Origin: Hypanus sabinus
Taxonomy: Eukaryota
DNA: 64,000 bases
Direction of reading: 5' to 3'
NCBI RefSeq assembly: GCF_030144855.1
Contig: NC_082731.1
Coordinates: forward strand, 24,180,001 to 24,244,000
Position 1 is the first letter of the stretch. Every line of letters starts with the position of its first letter. The notes under the pieces are model-generated. The model was not told the DNA's origin. It saw only the letters and a list, made by a program, of their open reading frames with translations, and made no database searches. Position numbers and translations under genes: made by a program. This document shows, in pieces, positions 51,141 to 64,000 of the stretch.

Positions 51141-54100
51141 TACACGTGACCCAATGCACTGTAAAATGTGTATAAGGACAGAAAGGATGCATTGTCTCGT
51201 CCTTTATAAAGTGATTGCTGAAGAGTCCAAACTACCAGCGTCGGACTTTTCTGCATTGTGTTGAAGGCGACTATTAATGAGTGCAGTGTCGCAATACATT
51301 GATTACAGAGTTTGCGGAACGGTTTTTCCTGTGTTGCATACTCAGTACTGTCCTCGTTCATATTATTCGAGGCCCTGTACACGCATTAGCACTTGAGGAA
51401 TGGTTCTGCTGAATACCGATTCTTATCCATGCTCATAACCTGTAAATTATGGAATAGATTCACCTGACAATATTACTTATGGACACAGAATCAAAATGTT
51501 CTTGATTAGACTAGATTTAACAACTTATCTTACAATTGCTCTAGCTGTGTTACAGTCGCACTGTTATTACGTCTACGTCTATGTATTCGCATCTAGCCCT
51601 CTTTGTCGCACGCCAGCATTGATCTCGATATGCATGGTGCTCCATAAGTGTCTCCGTTATTATGGGCACGTGTGTCTTTCCCCAATCTCGATCTCATCTC
51701 CTTGATTATGCCTCGATTCCTGTGTTTAGATTCCCATTTGTTGCTTCTTCAGTTAATTACAGCACAACTGGTTTCCACCAGAGACTGCACTGTAGAACAC
51801 TGGCTTCACAACCATGGGTCGCCAGTTCATTGGCCGATTCATGCGTTTTAAGCCCGTTTCCCGATCATATAGGACCGTAAGATCTAAATTCAGCCCCAGT
51901 CTCTAGATAATCTATGAGAACCTCGCTTCTGGTTGAAGACTTCCCTGGTTATCTGTTCCACGACCACGACTGTGCAAGCGACTCTCAAATCTATCTCCTT
52001 GTCTGTGCCCTGCACTTGGATTCGCCCCCAGTCACTCCTTGTAACAGAACGAATTGGCCAGGAATGAAACCAGCGGGCCCGAAACTCCTTCAACAGGTCT
52101 CTGCCAGCCTGGGTACTCTGCTGGGCTTGCACGATCAGCTGCTTAAGATATCATGAAGAACTTCCGTGCCGTGTCCGAAAATGTAAATTAAGTCAGTGAA
52201 CAGGTCGACCGAGTATCCACTCCTCTTACTCCGTCCCTTTCAGGAACCCGGTCTGACCAAGCCGCGCAGCCAGGGATGGCAACGAACTATGGGTTGCCAA
52301 TACGAACACCTAGAGAGCCGCATGTACCCGAACTGGAACATCCCGCTGGGAACCGATGGAAGTGCCGGGTTTTCGATATGCAATTCTTTTTGGTTTTTGA
52401 GCAGCAGCCATGTACGTACGCCAATGAGAGATAAAAGATAGCTTACATCACAGGGTTGTTCAAGGGAATGCTTTAGCATGGTCCACCGCGATTTGGGAGA
52501 ACCAGACCTGCTCTTCTTTTCCCACGTTCATCTCTGAAAGTTTTGAAGATCCCATTCGCACTAAAGACACCGCCAAGTACCTCCTTACTCTCCGTCAGGG
52601 ATCACGGAGTGTAGCCGAATACACTATAAGTTCTGGATAATATCGGCCGACTCGGGGTAAAATGACGAGGTACTGCAGGAAGTGATTCGACAGGGTGTCA
52701 GTGACAGGACAAGGCAAACTGCTTGGACTCTTTGGTTTCTCCCGTCACTATGCTAGATGACCGACTCAGAGAACGTCAGAGAGAGAGAAAACCGGTCGCC
52801 ACACTCCTCGGGTCACCCCACACTCCATTGTACCACCTTTGACCTGCACTATCCTTTACTCCGGGCATAGCTCACTCTCCGACCGTTCTCCCTACCCTGG
52901 GGGATGGAGCAATGCAGCTGGGACGGAGCCATTTCTCTCCCACTGAGTGGCTACGGGCGACACTCCCTTCAGTACTGTAAACCCAGATGCAGCTCCACGC
53001 TACTTTGAACTATCGACAACGGTCCTTGTCTCTATCCGTCTTGGTGGATTTATGTGCCGAGGAAGAACTGCTGAATGAAGAATTAGCTTCCTGGGCCGGA
53101 ATGGTTCGGGAACAGTTAAGTAACTCTCTGGAATCCCGGGCGCTGGCCGGAAAACTTCTGGCCCGGGACACTAACATTACGCAACCTCTGACGTTGATTC
53201 TGTACGGAAAATATTGAGATCGGGTACAACTAAATCGCACCATTCAAATCGAGACCCTATAGTTCTGGGATAACCCAGACTGAATCACTGTAATACCCAT
53301 AAAGACTGGTCTAAAAGGCGGAGAGCCAAATGGATACCGTTTTGTCACTCCACCTGTCTTCAGTCGGCCCTCCACAGGGGAGATCTCCGAGAACTCACTA
53401 GTCGAGGAACACCCAATTTATAACCATATAACAATTACAACACGGACCCAGGACATCTCGACCCTTTTTGTCCGTGCCGAATGCTTACACTCACCTAGTC
53501 CCTCCGATCTGGCCTTAGCCTATACCTCTCCATTACTTTCCTCTCTGTATACCTATCTAATTTTACATTAAATAACAACATCGAATCTGCCTCTACCACT
53601 TCTACTGGAAACTCGTTCAACACAATAACCACTCTCAGAATAACGAAGTTTCCCCTAGTGTAACCGCTAATTTTTGCCCCTTGACTCTCTGATTTGAATC
53701 TCCCGTAATCTGAATGGAAAAAGACTATCCACGTCAACTCTCTCCCCCTCATAATTTTAAATCATCTATCAAGTTCCCCATCAACTATTTACGCTGCAAA
53801 GAATTAAGAACTAACTTAATTAAAGTTTCTCTGTAACATAGGTGCTGAAATCCAGGTAACATTCTACTTAATCTTCTCTGTACACACTTTAAATTGTTAA
53901 CATCTTTCCTATAAATCGGTGACCAGAACTGTACACAACACTTCAAATTTGGCCTTATCAATGCCTTGTATAATTTTAACGTTGCATCCCAAATCCTATA
54001 CTCAATAGTCTGAGTTATAAAGGCCAGCATACTAAAATATTTCTTCACGGCCCTTTCCACACGAGATTCCACTTACAGGGAACTATGCACCATTATTCCT

Positions 54101-55176
54101 AGATCACTGTGTTCTACTGCATTTCTCAGTGCTCTACCATTTCCCATGTATGTTCTATTTTGATTAGTCCTAACAAAATATAGCACCTCACACTTAGCAG
54201 CATTAATCTCCATCTACCATCTTTCAGACTACTCGTCTAACTGGCCTAAATCTCTCTGCAAGTTTTGAAACTCTAATTCATTATCCAATACGCCACCTAT
54301 CTTTGAATCAACTGCATACTTATTAATCCAATTCACCACCCCATCACCCAAATCATTAATGGACATGACAAAACCATTGGACCCATTAGAGATCCCTGAG
54401 GCACAGCACTAGTCACCGGCCTATAACCTGACAACAGTTATCCACCACTACTCTCTGGCACCTCCCATCTTGCCACTGTTGATTCCATGATTCCATTTTA
54501 GTTCTTCAATATCAGTATCTAACGATTGAACCTTCCTAACTATCGTTTCCTGTGGAACCTTGTCAAATGCCTTACTAAAGTCCATACAGCCAACATCCAC
54601 TGCTTTACCTTTGTCAACTTCCCTGTAAACTCTTTAAAAAATTCAAAACGTTTTATCAAACATGAACTTCCACGCACATATCTATTTTGACTGTTCCTAA
54701 TCAGACACCGTCTACCCAGATAATTATATATAGCATCTCTAAGAACACTTTCCATTAATTTACCCACCAGTGACATCAAACTTACCTGCCTGTAATTTCT
54801 AGGTTTACTCTTAGAACACATTTTAAGCAATAGAACCACATAAGCGATACGCCAATCTTCCGGCACCATCCCCATTCCTAATGACATTTGTAATATTTGT
54901 AATAGAAGAACTTCTTCTATTTCAACACCAACTTCTTTCTAGCTCCTAGGGAATACCCGTTCAGGGCTCGGAGACCGATCCACATTTATATTCTTTAAAA
55001 GCGCCAGTACTTCCTCTTTTTTAATCATCATAGTTTCCATAACAACCCTCCTTGTTTCCCTTACATTACAAAATTCAATATCCTTCTCTTTCTTGGATAC
55101 CCAAGAAAAGAATTTGTTCAAATCCACCCCCATCTCTTTCAGCTACACAAATAACTGTCCCCTCTGATTCTTTAAG

Positions 55177-56411
55177 TGTCATGGGCCTGACCGTGGACTA
55201 CCAATTCCGGTTCCTCCGGCTGTCTCTTGTTTCGGTTGGACTTAACCATAAGCACCTGATGCTCATCCTGTGGCAGTTAATATAAGATGCCCTGTTATTG
55301 AGCGTGGTTGAGGAGCCATCTTGACAAGTCTCCTTGAGAACAAACGACTAGTGGAATGCTGGAACGGCAACTTGACATCTTCAGGCCGCTTGGGAGAGCC
55401 ATAGCTTCTTGGAGCCTTGCTGTCAGTAGTCGGGGCTGTCATTGCGGTATGGATTCGGCCGTTTCCCATGCCAGCCGGGTGGCCGTCAGCCACTCCGAGC
55501 AAGGCAGGTATCCGGTTGTTTCTGTAGCAAGCCCAGATTGCTGGCCGTGTCCGCGAATTGGTGCAAACCCAATGCAGAGATGGAACTGTCTGTTGTTCTT
55601 CAGTGTTGGTCTCTTTCTGTCCTCGCCTCGTGGAGTAAGTCAGGCCGTTCTGCCGTTGCCCTGCAGGATGATCTGTCATGTCAAGTCCTGGCCTTCGTGG
55701 GAAAAGTCAGGCAGTTCTACCTTTGACCTGCGTGGGGAATCAGTCTTGCCTTGTCTTTGCCTCCGTCCAGTATGTCAGACAGTTCCGCCGTAACCCGACG
55801 AATGGTCCGGTGTGGATTGAAAGTTGAGTTCCGGCTTGATGAAGGATAAGACACGACTCAATGTTGATGTAGAGTTCTTTGCTTCCAAGCCCGGTTGTCC
55901 GAGTTGTTCAAGCACCAAAATCCAAGCCTCAAGCCTCGAGCTCCAAGAACCCCAGCTTCAAGCCACGTGCTCCAACAACCACAGCCTGAAACCTCGAGCC
56001 TCAGGAACTCAAGCCTCAGTCCTCGAGCTCCAAACACCGCAGCCGCAAATCTCGAGCTCCAACAACCCCCGCCGCAAGCCTCGAGCTCCAAGAACCCAAG
56101 CCTCTAGCTTCGAGCTCCGAACCCGAGCCTCAAGCTTCGAGCTCCAACAACCCAAGCATTAAGCCACGAGCTCAAGTACCCAGCCTCAAGCCGCAAAATC
56201 CAATTACCCAGACATCGTCACGTCTTCGCCTAGTTCGGGGTCCGAGCCCGAGTCAAGATCAATGTTTTGGGTCCTTGTCCAGTCTCGGGCTCGGAATTCC
56301 CTACCCTAGTCTTCGATCCGTCCCGTCCTTTCGTTTTGCACCGTCCTGTTCCTAGTATTTCAGTTTCTGTCTCTTGCATTTGGGTCCATTCCCAGCTCCC
56401 CACTTATGACT
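55177..56411 (+). mobile_element. Solo LTR (1235 bp) inserted in the CR1
   Basis: Termini TGTCAT...ATGACT (near-inverted) and a 5-bp TSD ttaag (55172-55176) / ctaag (56412-56416). The CR1 sequence is contiguous across the insertion when compared with the copy at about 31545-31570. Confidence 0.85.
55915..56195. repeat. Degenerate tandem array, about 28-29-bp unit, about 9 copies
   Basis: Recurrent core (g/a)cctcgagctccaa(c/g)aac at roughly 28-bp period. Confidence 0.85.
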
Positions 56412-59400
56412 CTAAGAGACAAATGTTATCCCTCACTATCCTTTTGCTATTAATTTAACTGCAGAAACACGTTGGATTTATTTTCACCTTATTACCAAAA
56501 CAACCGCATATCGTTTTTTTAACTGTTCTAATTTATTTCTTAAGATTCTTTTTACATTCTTTATATTATACTAGCACGTATGTTATACCATGCTGCCTAT
56601 ATTATTGTAGGACTCCCTCTCTCTCCTTCTGAACCAAGTTTCCAGCGTGACTTGAAAACAATGGCTCTCTCTCCTAACAAGAACATAAAGATTATGTATC
56701 CGCAAAAGTTCAACTTTATATGCCCTCCCTTTCTCTATTACATCCTTCCCGTAAAAAAAAAATGTCCCAATAAACTCCTTCCAAATCCTTTCCCATCTCC
56801 TCAAAGTTACCCTTCTTCCAATCTAAAGTCACAGAGATGGAGACCTCACCTTATGCGTAATTATACTGAAAATAATGACATTATGATCACTGGACCCGAA
56901 GTGCTCCCGAACTCATGATCTATCTCATTCCCTAACAGGAAGTCCAACACTGCCCCTTCTGTAGTTGGTACTTCTATGTATTGCTCCAAAAAACTATTCT
57001 GCACACATTTTACAAACTCCAAATCATCCAGCTATTTTACAGAATGGGCTTTCAAGTTTATGTGTGGAAAATAAACAAAAAAACTCCCACAATCACAACT
57101 TAGTGCTTACTACACATATCTGCTATCTCCTTACAAACTTGCTCCTGCAATTCTGGCTCCCCATTAGGTGGTCTATAATACATCACTATGAGTGTTACTA
57201 CAAATTTTCCATTCCTCAATTCCACACAAATAGTCTCCCTAGACGAGCCCTGTGATCTAGCCTGCCAAAGAACTTCTGTAACATTTTTTTTCTACCAAGC
57301 AATGCAACACCTACCCCTCTTACCCTTCCGATTCTATCACACCTGAAGCAATGAAATCCCGGAATAATTAGTTCCCAATCACACTTCACCGGCAATCAAG
57401 CTTCATCTATAGCTACAACATCATATTTCCAGGTATCAGTCCATGCTCTCAGCTCATCCAGCTTTCATACAATGATCCCAGCATTAAAGTAAATGCATTT
57501 AAGAAATTCTCTAATTCTTACTCGCTGTTTATCCCTAACGGAGTAAAAACAATACTATTGTTCCCCCTTTTTCCCTACTTCTTCGGTGTGTGCGCCCCTT
57601 TCTCTAACAGCCGCCTATTCTCCCTCACACACTCTCTGGAAGATTTCTGTATTTGTGAACTAGCCTCTACTCTCCCAGTCTCGTCAATTTGATTCCCACA
57701 CCACAACTATTCTATTTAAAGTCTCCCCAGCAGTGCAAGTGCAAGATTCAAGTGCAATCCGTCGTTTTTGTACATATCACACCTCTCCGTAAAGAGTTCC
57801 CAAAGATCCAGAAACGTTTATTCCAGCTTATTCCACTAATCCCTCAGCCACGCATTTATCCTCCACCTCATTACATTCCTACTTTCACTGTTGCGTGGTA
57901 CAGGCAGCAAACCCAAGATTACTACATTTATGGTCCTTCCTCCTAACTTCCTTCATAACTCCCTATGTTCTCCTTTCAGGACCTCGTCCCTTTTCCCACC
58001 TATTTCATTGGTGCCTATATGTATCACGACCTCTGGCTCCTTACCCTCGCATTTCAGGATATCTTGGACGCGATCAGAAACATCCTGGACTCTGGCATCA
58101 GCGAGGCAAACGACCATTCGGATCTCCTGACTGAGTCCACAGAATCGCACATCTGTGCCCCTTACTGGCGAGCGATCTCTTACTACTGCCTTCCTCTTCC
58201 TTCCCTACACTTCTGAGCTATAGGGTCGGACTTTGTGCCGGAGGCCTGGCCACTGTTGATTCCACTTTGTAGTCTGTTCCCCCCAACAATACACAAACAT
58301 GAGTACTGATTGTTAATGGGTACAGCCATCGGGGTACACTTCAGTACCTGGCTCTTCCCCTTCCGTCTCCTAACCGAGAATCACTTGTCTGCCGCCAGTG
58401 GCCCTGGTGTGTCCAACTTGCTGTAACTCCTCTCGGTCAATTCCTCACTCTCCGTAACCAGACAACGATCATCAAGCGACAGCTCCAGGTCTCTAACACG
58501 GTCCCTCATGAGCGGCAGCTCGAAGCACCGGGCACAGATATGGACTTCCTTGAGCTTAGAAGCTCCAGGACCTCCTAGATCCAACAACGAGAACAACAAG
58601 CTGCCCTCGCACTCATAATTCCCCCTTTCCTCAAATACCAGGAAAAAATGAAAACTAAACCAACCTTGCCTCGCCCCTTTGCGTCTATGGTCGTTGAGCA
58701 AAACCCATTAAGTCTTCAATCCGCTCCCGGCTCACGCAGCTGCTCGCTGGATAAGGTTGTGTTCCTTTTAAATCGTCCGCGCTTCACTGCCCGTCTTCAC
58801 ACACCTGCGCAGTCCCACATCTCGTAACCCCGATGAGAAGTAAACTATCAAAATGGCCCCCGCAGCAGTCCCGTTCTGATTCTCAGAGTTTCTTCTGCAC
58901 ATTATTCAGCGTTCGAGCAGAGTACCACGATAGGGGACGGGTATTTATTAAACAACACGCTCTTTCCCTGCCACTACACCGACCAGACTTTGCGTTATCG
59001 ACCTTCTCCCCGGGGCCTCCTTACCAAACAGTCGGTGGCATAAATTGTCCCGGCCTGATAGAGAAGCCAAGTGGAAGTACACCAGTGAATCTCTCGCTGC
59101 GGGCATTATTCACTTGTTTTTGTGTGTGTATGTGGAAGATAGAGGCCTTAACAATATAACCGTCAAAAAGAAGTACGCACTGCCCCTCATAAATTCAGCA
59201 TTAATTGTAATTCACGGAGCCACCATCATCAGGAATTTGAACCTACGAAGCACATATCATCTGCTCAGATTAAGGGAGGGCGACGAACAGAGAACGGCAT
59301 TTAATACCCCGCTAGGCAACATTATACACCTGTTCATGCCATTGGGCCTGAACAATAATCCACCGTTTTACAAGCCCTGATTAATGATGTGCTGTGAGAC

Positions 59401-60879
59401 TTTTTTTTAGATTTTTTTTTTGTCTATCTGGATGACATCTTAATCTTTTCTAAAAACACATTCATCAAGTCCCTCAAGTCATACAGACGCTGTGGGAGAA
59501 CAAATTATTCGTGAAGGCTTAGGAGTTTGAAATCTACATCCCCTCGGTCAGCTTCCTAGGTTACATCCGGAGAAGATCCGGGCGGTGACGGATTGGGTCA
59601 GACATGCGACGCGCAAGCACCCCAGCGACTTCTGGGGTTTGCGAACTTCTATCGATGCTTACTTAGGGTTTACAGACAGGCGGCGGCGCCCGTTAACCGA
59701 CTTACATCATCTGCAATACATTTTATTTGGGTCTCCGAGGCTGATCCGTTATTCCCTGAACTGAAGAGGCATTTCACGTCCGCTCCCATCCTAGCACAAA
59801 CGAACCCCACCTGTAAATTCATTGTACTCGTCGATGCCTTAGACTCCAGTGTGGGAGCGGCCCTGTCCCAACGTCGATGTCCTAATCAGAAACAGCATCC
59901 CTGAATTTTTCTTTCTCGCGGTCTGTTCCTCACTGTGCGGAATTTCGACGCCGGGAACAGGGCGTTACTGGAAACTCTCACCGGCCTCCTGTTGGAATCA
60001 TTCTTCCCCAACCTGACACTAGTTGCCCTTTGTGTCACATAGCATGGGATTGAGTCACGGAACAACCCCTTCACATGGGTACGCCGTGTAAGCACCGTGG
60101 TGGACCGTTTCTCCAAGAATGTGCACTTCGTAGTCTTCCTTAAACTCCCTTCTGCTCAGAAAACGGAAGGCTTCTCGTCCACCATGTATTCCGGCCTCGT
60201 TGAGTTCCTTCGGACGTTATCTCCGACTGGGGTCCCCAATTCATTTCGAAAGTCTGTAGATCTTTTGCCCAGCTCTTGATGTCTCATTTAGCCAATCGTC
60301 TGGCTTCCATCCACAGTCGAACGGGCAAAGCTCGGCTGGAAGCTCCTGTTTGGGGGCAGTGGTGGGGGTTTGGCTGCTTGTTTACTTAATTACAGCACAC
60401 CTTGTTTACATCAGAAACTGAACGATACGAAATCTGGCATCTCAACCATGGGTCGCCAGTTGATTGGTAGATTCCCGTGTTTTAACCTCTTTTCCCGATC
60501 ACGTCAGACCGTTAGTTCAAAGTTCAGTTCCGTTTTCAAGATATTCTAACAAAACCTCGCCTCTGGGTCAACAGCAACCTTAATACCTGTTCTACGTTGG
60601 CGACTGTGTAAGCACCTCTTAATCATATCTCCGTGTCTAAGTCCTACACTTGGGTTGGCCCCCTGACACTCCTAGTAACATCCAATGTTCCATAATTATC
60701 TGTGTATTTTGTATCTGTAATACAAGACTTTGTTGTCCTCCTAACAAATAGATCATAATTGAGAGGAAATTCGAAGAAATCCTGCTAGGAACGAAAGTAC
60801 TTTCATGGAAGGTATTCAAAAATGTTGCTGTATCTGTTCATTTATTTGGTGATTTTATTTTCCTTGGCAAATGAAACAG

Positions 60880-63560
60880 AGAAACACAGAAGCGTAGAAA
60901 ACCTACAGCAGTATACCGGCATTTCGGCACATAAAGCAGTGACGAATATATCCCTGACTTAGAATGGGTCTGCTTAACCCATAGACCTCTACTTATATAA
61001 GTTCCATGTAGCCATCTAGAGGCTCTAAACAGTCCCTATCGTTTCCGCCTCCACCACAGCCGCAGTTAGCCCATTCCACGCATGCACCACTCTTTGCTTA
61101 GAAAACTTAGCCCGACATGCCCTCTCGTGCCAGCCGTTTCAGCCCCAGGTGAAAAGCCTCTGACTATCCACACAAACAATTTCTCTCATGATCTGGAACA
61201 CCTGCATCAGTTCACCACTCATATTCCGTCGCTCAAAGGAGAAAAGGCAGGGTTCAGTAAGGCATGTTCTCCAATCAAAGCAACATCCTTGTAAATCTCC
61301 TCTGCACCCTTCCTATGGTTTCTATGTACTGCCTGTAGTGAGTCGGACAGAGCTGCGCACAGTACTTGAAGTGGGGTCCGACCAGGATCCTATGTAGCTG
61401 CAACATTACCTCTCGTCTCTTAAAATCATTCGCACGATTTGTGAAGGCCAATGCACTGTATGCCTTCTGAAACACCAGAATCAGCCTGCCTCGCAGCTTT
61501 GAGAGTCCTATAGAGACGGACGCCAACATCCATCTGATTCTCCACGCAGCAGAGTCCTACCATTAATGGTATACACTGGCATCATATTTGAATGCCAAAA
61601 TAAGCAACCTCACACATATCTGGGTAAAACGTTATCTGCTTATTCACAGGGCAGTTCTGCATTCTATAAATGTCCCATTGTAACCTCTGACAACCCTCCA
61701 CATTATCTACAACACCTGCAATCATTTGGTCATGAGCAAATTCCCTAACCCATCACTCCAGGTCATCATCCAGATCATTTATAAAAATCAAAAAGAGTAG
61801 AGGTACCAGAACGGATCGCTGAAGCACACCACCTGTTCCCGGCCTCCATGCAGAATATGAACTGTCTGCGAAAATTCTGCATTTTGTGGGCAAGCCTGTT
61901 CTCGATCCACAAAGCAATGTTCCCTTGGACGCCATTCCTCCTTCCTTACTCAATCAGCATTAGCATGGGGTGCCTTTGCAAATGCTTTACTAAAATCCAT
62001 GTGCATTACATCTACTGTTCTCCCTTCATCAATGTGCTTAGACACATCCACAGAAAACGGAATCAGGCTCGGAAGGGACGCCCTACCATTGTCGAAGGCA
62101 ATCTGATATTCGTAATAATGTTATGCCTCTCCAAATGTTCATACATTCTTCCAGTCAGGATATTCTCCGTTAACTTATCTGAACCTCCTCCCCACAGTAG
62201 CCTGGTATAGGACCTTTCATTTCACTTATCCAACTTGATGCTTGCCAAAATCCCCAACACATCAACCTTCTAAATATCTACGCGCTCAATCTTTTTACTC
62301 CACTGGCAGTCATCGCCAAAATACTTATCCACTGTAAACACTGCAGCAGAGCATTCAGTAAGTACCGCCGCTATTTCCTCCGATTTTATACACACTATTT
62401 CACTGTCACAATTGATTCATCCTATTCTCTCTGTCTTATCCACTTGCTCATCAGATACTTGTAGAATGCCTTGTGGATTTCCTAAATCCTGTCCGCCAAG
62501 GCCTTCTCATGGTCACGTTTGACTCTACCAATTTCATTCTTAAGCTCCATCCAGTTCGATTTAGAATTTTCTAAATTCCTATCACTGCCTAGTTTTTTTT
62601 TTTTGAGCATTTCGTAAACTCGTCTTTTCTTGACTAGATTTACAACAGCATTTGTCCACCACGTATCTTGTACCCTATCAACCTTTCAATACCTCATTCG
62701 AACATACATACTCAAAATCCCATGCAAATGTCCTCTGCACACTTGACACATTTTTGCCGTACTTTGCCCTGAGAAGATATCATTCTAGTTTATGACTCGA
62801 TGTTGCGGACTGCCTCATATTTGCCCTTACGCCAATTAAATGTTTCCTTAACCTCTCTATTCCTCTCTCTCTCCAATAGAGATAGAAAAGGAGATAGAAT
62901 GCTCTCTCAGTGAGAGACCTAACACCTTAACAGGGTCATTTCCTAAAACCGGATCAATTGCAGCCTGTCCTCTTGTAGGCTTAGCTACATATTGTGTCAG
63001 GAAACCTTCCTGAACAAACAAAACAAACTGCACCGCGTCAAAACCCCTAGGTAGATGCCTATCAATGTTTGGTAAAATAAACCCTGCCACCACAACAAAC
63101 CTGTTATTATTACTCCTTTGCAGATTCTCTCTTCCTATCTGCTCCTCGATATCCCTGTTACGATTGGGTTGTCTTTGAAAGCCGCCCAGCTGTGTGATTG
63201 AACCCTTCCTATTCCAAATTTACAGTGACAGACTCCGTAGAAAATCCCTCCATGACTTTCTCCTCTACTTCAGCCATAATACTGTCTCTGAGTCGCGATG
63301 GTACGTCCCCACCTATGTTGCCTCCCTCTCTATTAGTTCTCAAATATCGAAAAAACTGGCACGTGAAGTAGTCCGACCTGCCCCATCACCATTCAAGTCT
63401 CTGAGTACCAGAACATCATAACTGCAAGTGTTGATCCATACACTAAGCTCATCCGATTTTTTAATATGACTCCTTTTCCACGCATTAAAATAGACATATC
63501 TGAAGCCATCGGACTAAGCTCGTTCCTTGTCTATCGCTTGCAAGTCCTCCCTTTCACACT
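60880..63560 (-). mobile_element. Degenerate CR1 LINE
   Basis: ORF fragments YSALAF...FKYCAQLCP..RVQRRFTRML, VLQRSVLVPLLFLIFINDLDD and FVQEGFLTQYVAKPTRGQAAIDPVLGN. Confidence 0.85.
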
Positions 63561-64000
63561 GTCTCCACGATTTTTCTATTTGTGGGCCAACCTCTCTTTC
63601 CACCTTCATTTCAGTTCCATTCCCACACCCCAGTAATTCTGTGTCGAAAATGTGTTCCTGGTGCGGACAAAGCACGTTTTAAACCTTGCCCAATATCCCG
63701 AACAGACCTTCCGGCCAGGATGCAGAGGCATACAAAAGTTTGGAGACTTCTGGTTAATATTTCTAATTAAGAGAGTAGAAGATGAAATGACCTCGAAAAG
63801 TCATAACTTTAAATTTGCAACATTCTTTTCAAAAGTTTAAGCAAGTTTTCTGTATTATTTTTGTTTCGTACAATTTTACAGTAAAAAGTGGAAAGGAGCA
63901 CAATGCAAAAGTTTGCTCACCTGAAGAGATTTGAGCTCTCAGTTAACTTTTAACAATATTTCAGACCTTAGTTTGCTTGTTATGAATATTGCCTGATCAC

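Larger units (their letters stand above)
53418..58890 (-). mobile_element. Near-full-length CR1 LINE inserted in the Gypsy pol region
   Basis: ORF1 CxxC/coiled-coil (ICARCFELPLMRDRVRDLEL) and esterase (VVCLADARVQDVSDR...VIHIGTNE) fragments, ORF2 RT fragments (PEDWRIAYVV, NYRQVSL) and a 3' tail taaccatataacaa at about 53420. Confidence 0.9.
51548..60680 (+). mobile_element. Gypsy/Ty3 LTR retrotransposon (gag-pol decayed), interrupted by a CR1
   Basis: 5' LTR 51548-52046 (TGTTAC...GTAACA). Gag-like region at about 52150-52900, protease-like ALVD at about 53040, RT (RGLNNITVKKKYALPLI, AFNTPLG, tatctggatgacatctta = YLDDIL), RNase H and integrase (VDRFSK) at 58900-60340. Partial 3' LTR about 60370-60680 ending GTAACA. 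Confidence 0.9.

Noticed and set aside
55263-56162. Several 70-145 aa ORFs on both strands inside the solo LTR, including Q/P/S-rich ones
   Set aside because: They have no recognisable domain and are explained by GC-rich LTR sequence and the tandem array.
55915-56195. Repeat array considered as CRISPR-like
   Set aside because: Eukaryotic context, degenerate head-to-tail units without unique spacers, and no cas genes.

Overview
Repeat-rich vertebrate genomic DNA from a cartilaginous fish (elasmobranch; inferred from the IgM sequence and the CR1/Penelope/SINE repeat types). Seven N-gaps suggest a draft assembly. The only host gene is one immunoglobulin heavy-chain (IgM) cluster on the minus strand at 6469-21013: leader exon, one VH, one JH, CH1-CH4 with secretory tail, TM1 and TM2. 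The VH carries a 14-nt CDR3 extension and a 12-bp-spacer RSS, faces the JH 23-RSS directly 387 bp away, and no D segments lie between them. This is a germline pre-joined VD-J gene. Leader, VH, JH, CH1 and CH3 are open. CH2 has a -1 frameshift and has lost its first Cys, CH4 has an in-frame TGA, and TM1 is out of phase, so this is probably a pseudogene or makes a truncated chain. A 32-nt micro-exon with strong splice sites lies 730 bp downstream of CH1. It could be a decayed hinge or an alternative terminal exon giving a VH-CH1-only product. The rest is transposons: many CR1 LINEs, a 5'-truncated L1-like LINE, Penelope fragments, a tRNA-derived SINE, a Sleeping Beauty-like Tc1 element in the CH1-CH2 intron, and a three-level nest (Gypsy LTR element, containing a CR1, containing a solo LTR) at 51.5-60.7 kb. 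Family assignments rest on motifs and remembered reference sequences; no database search was run.
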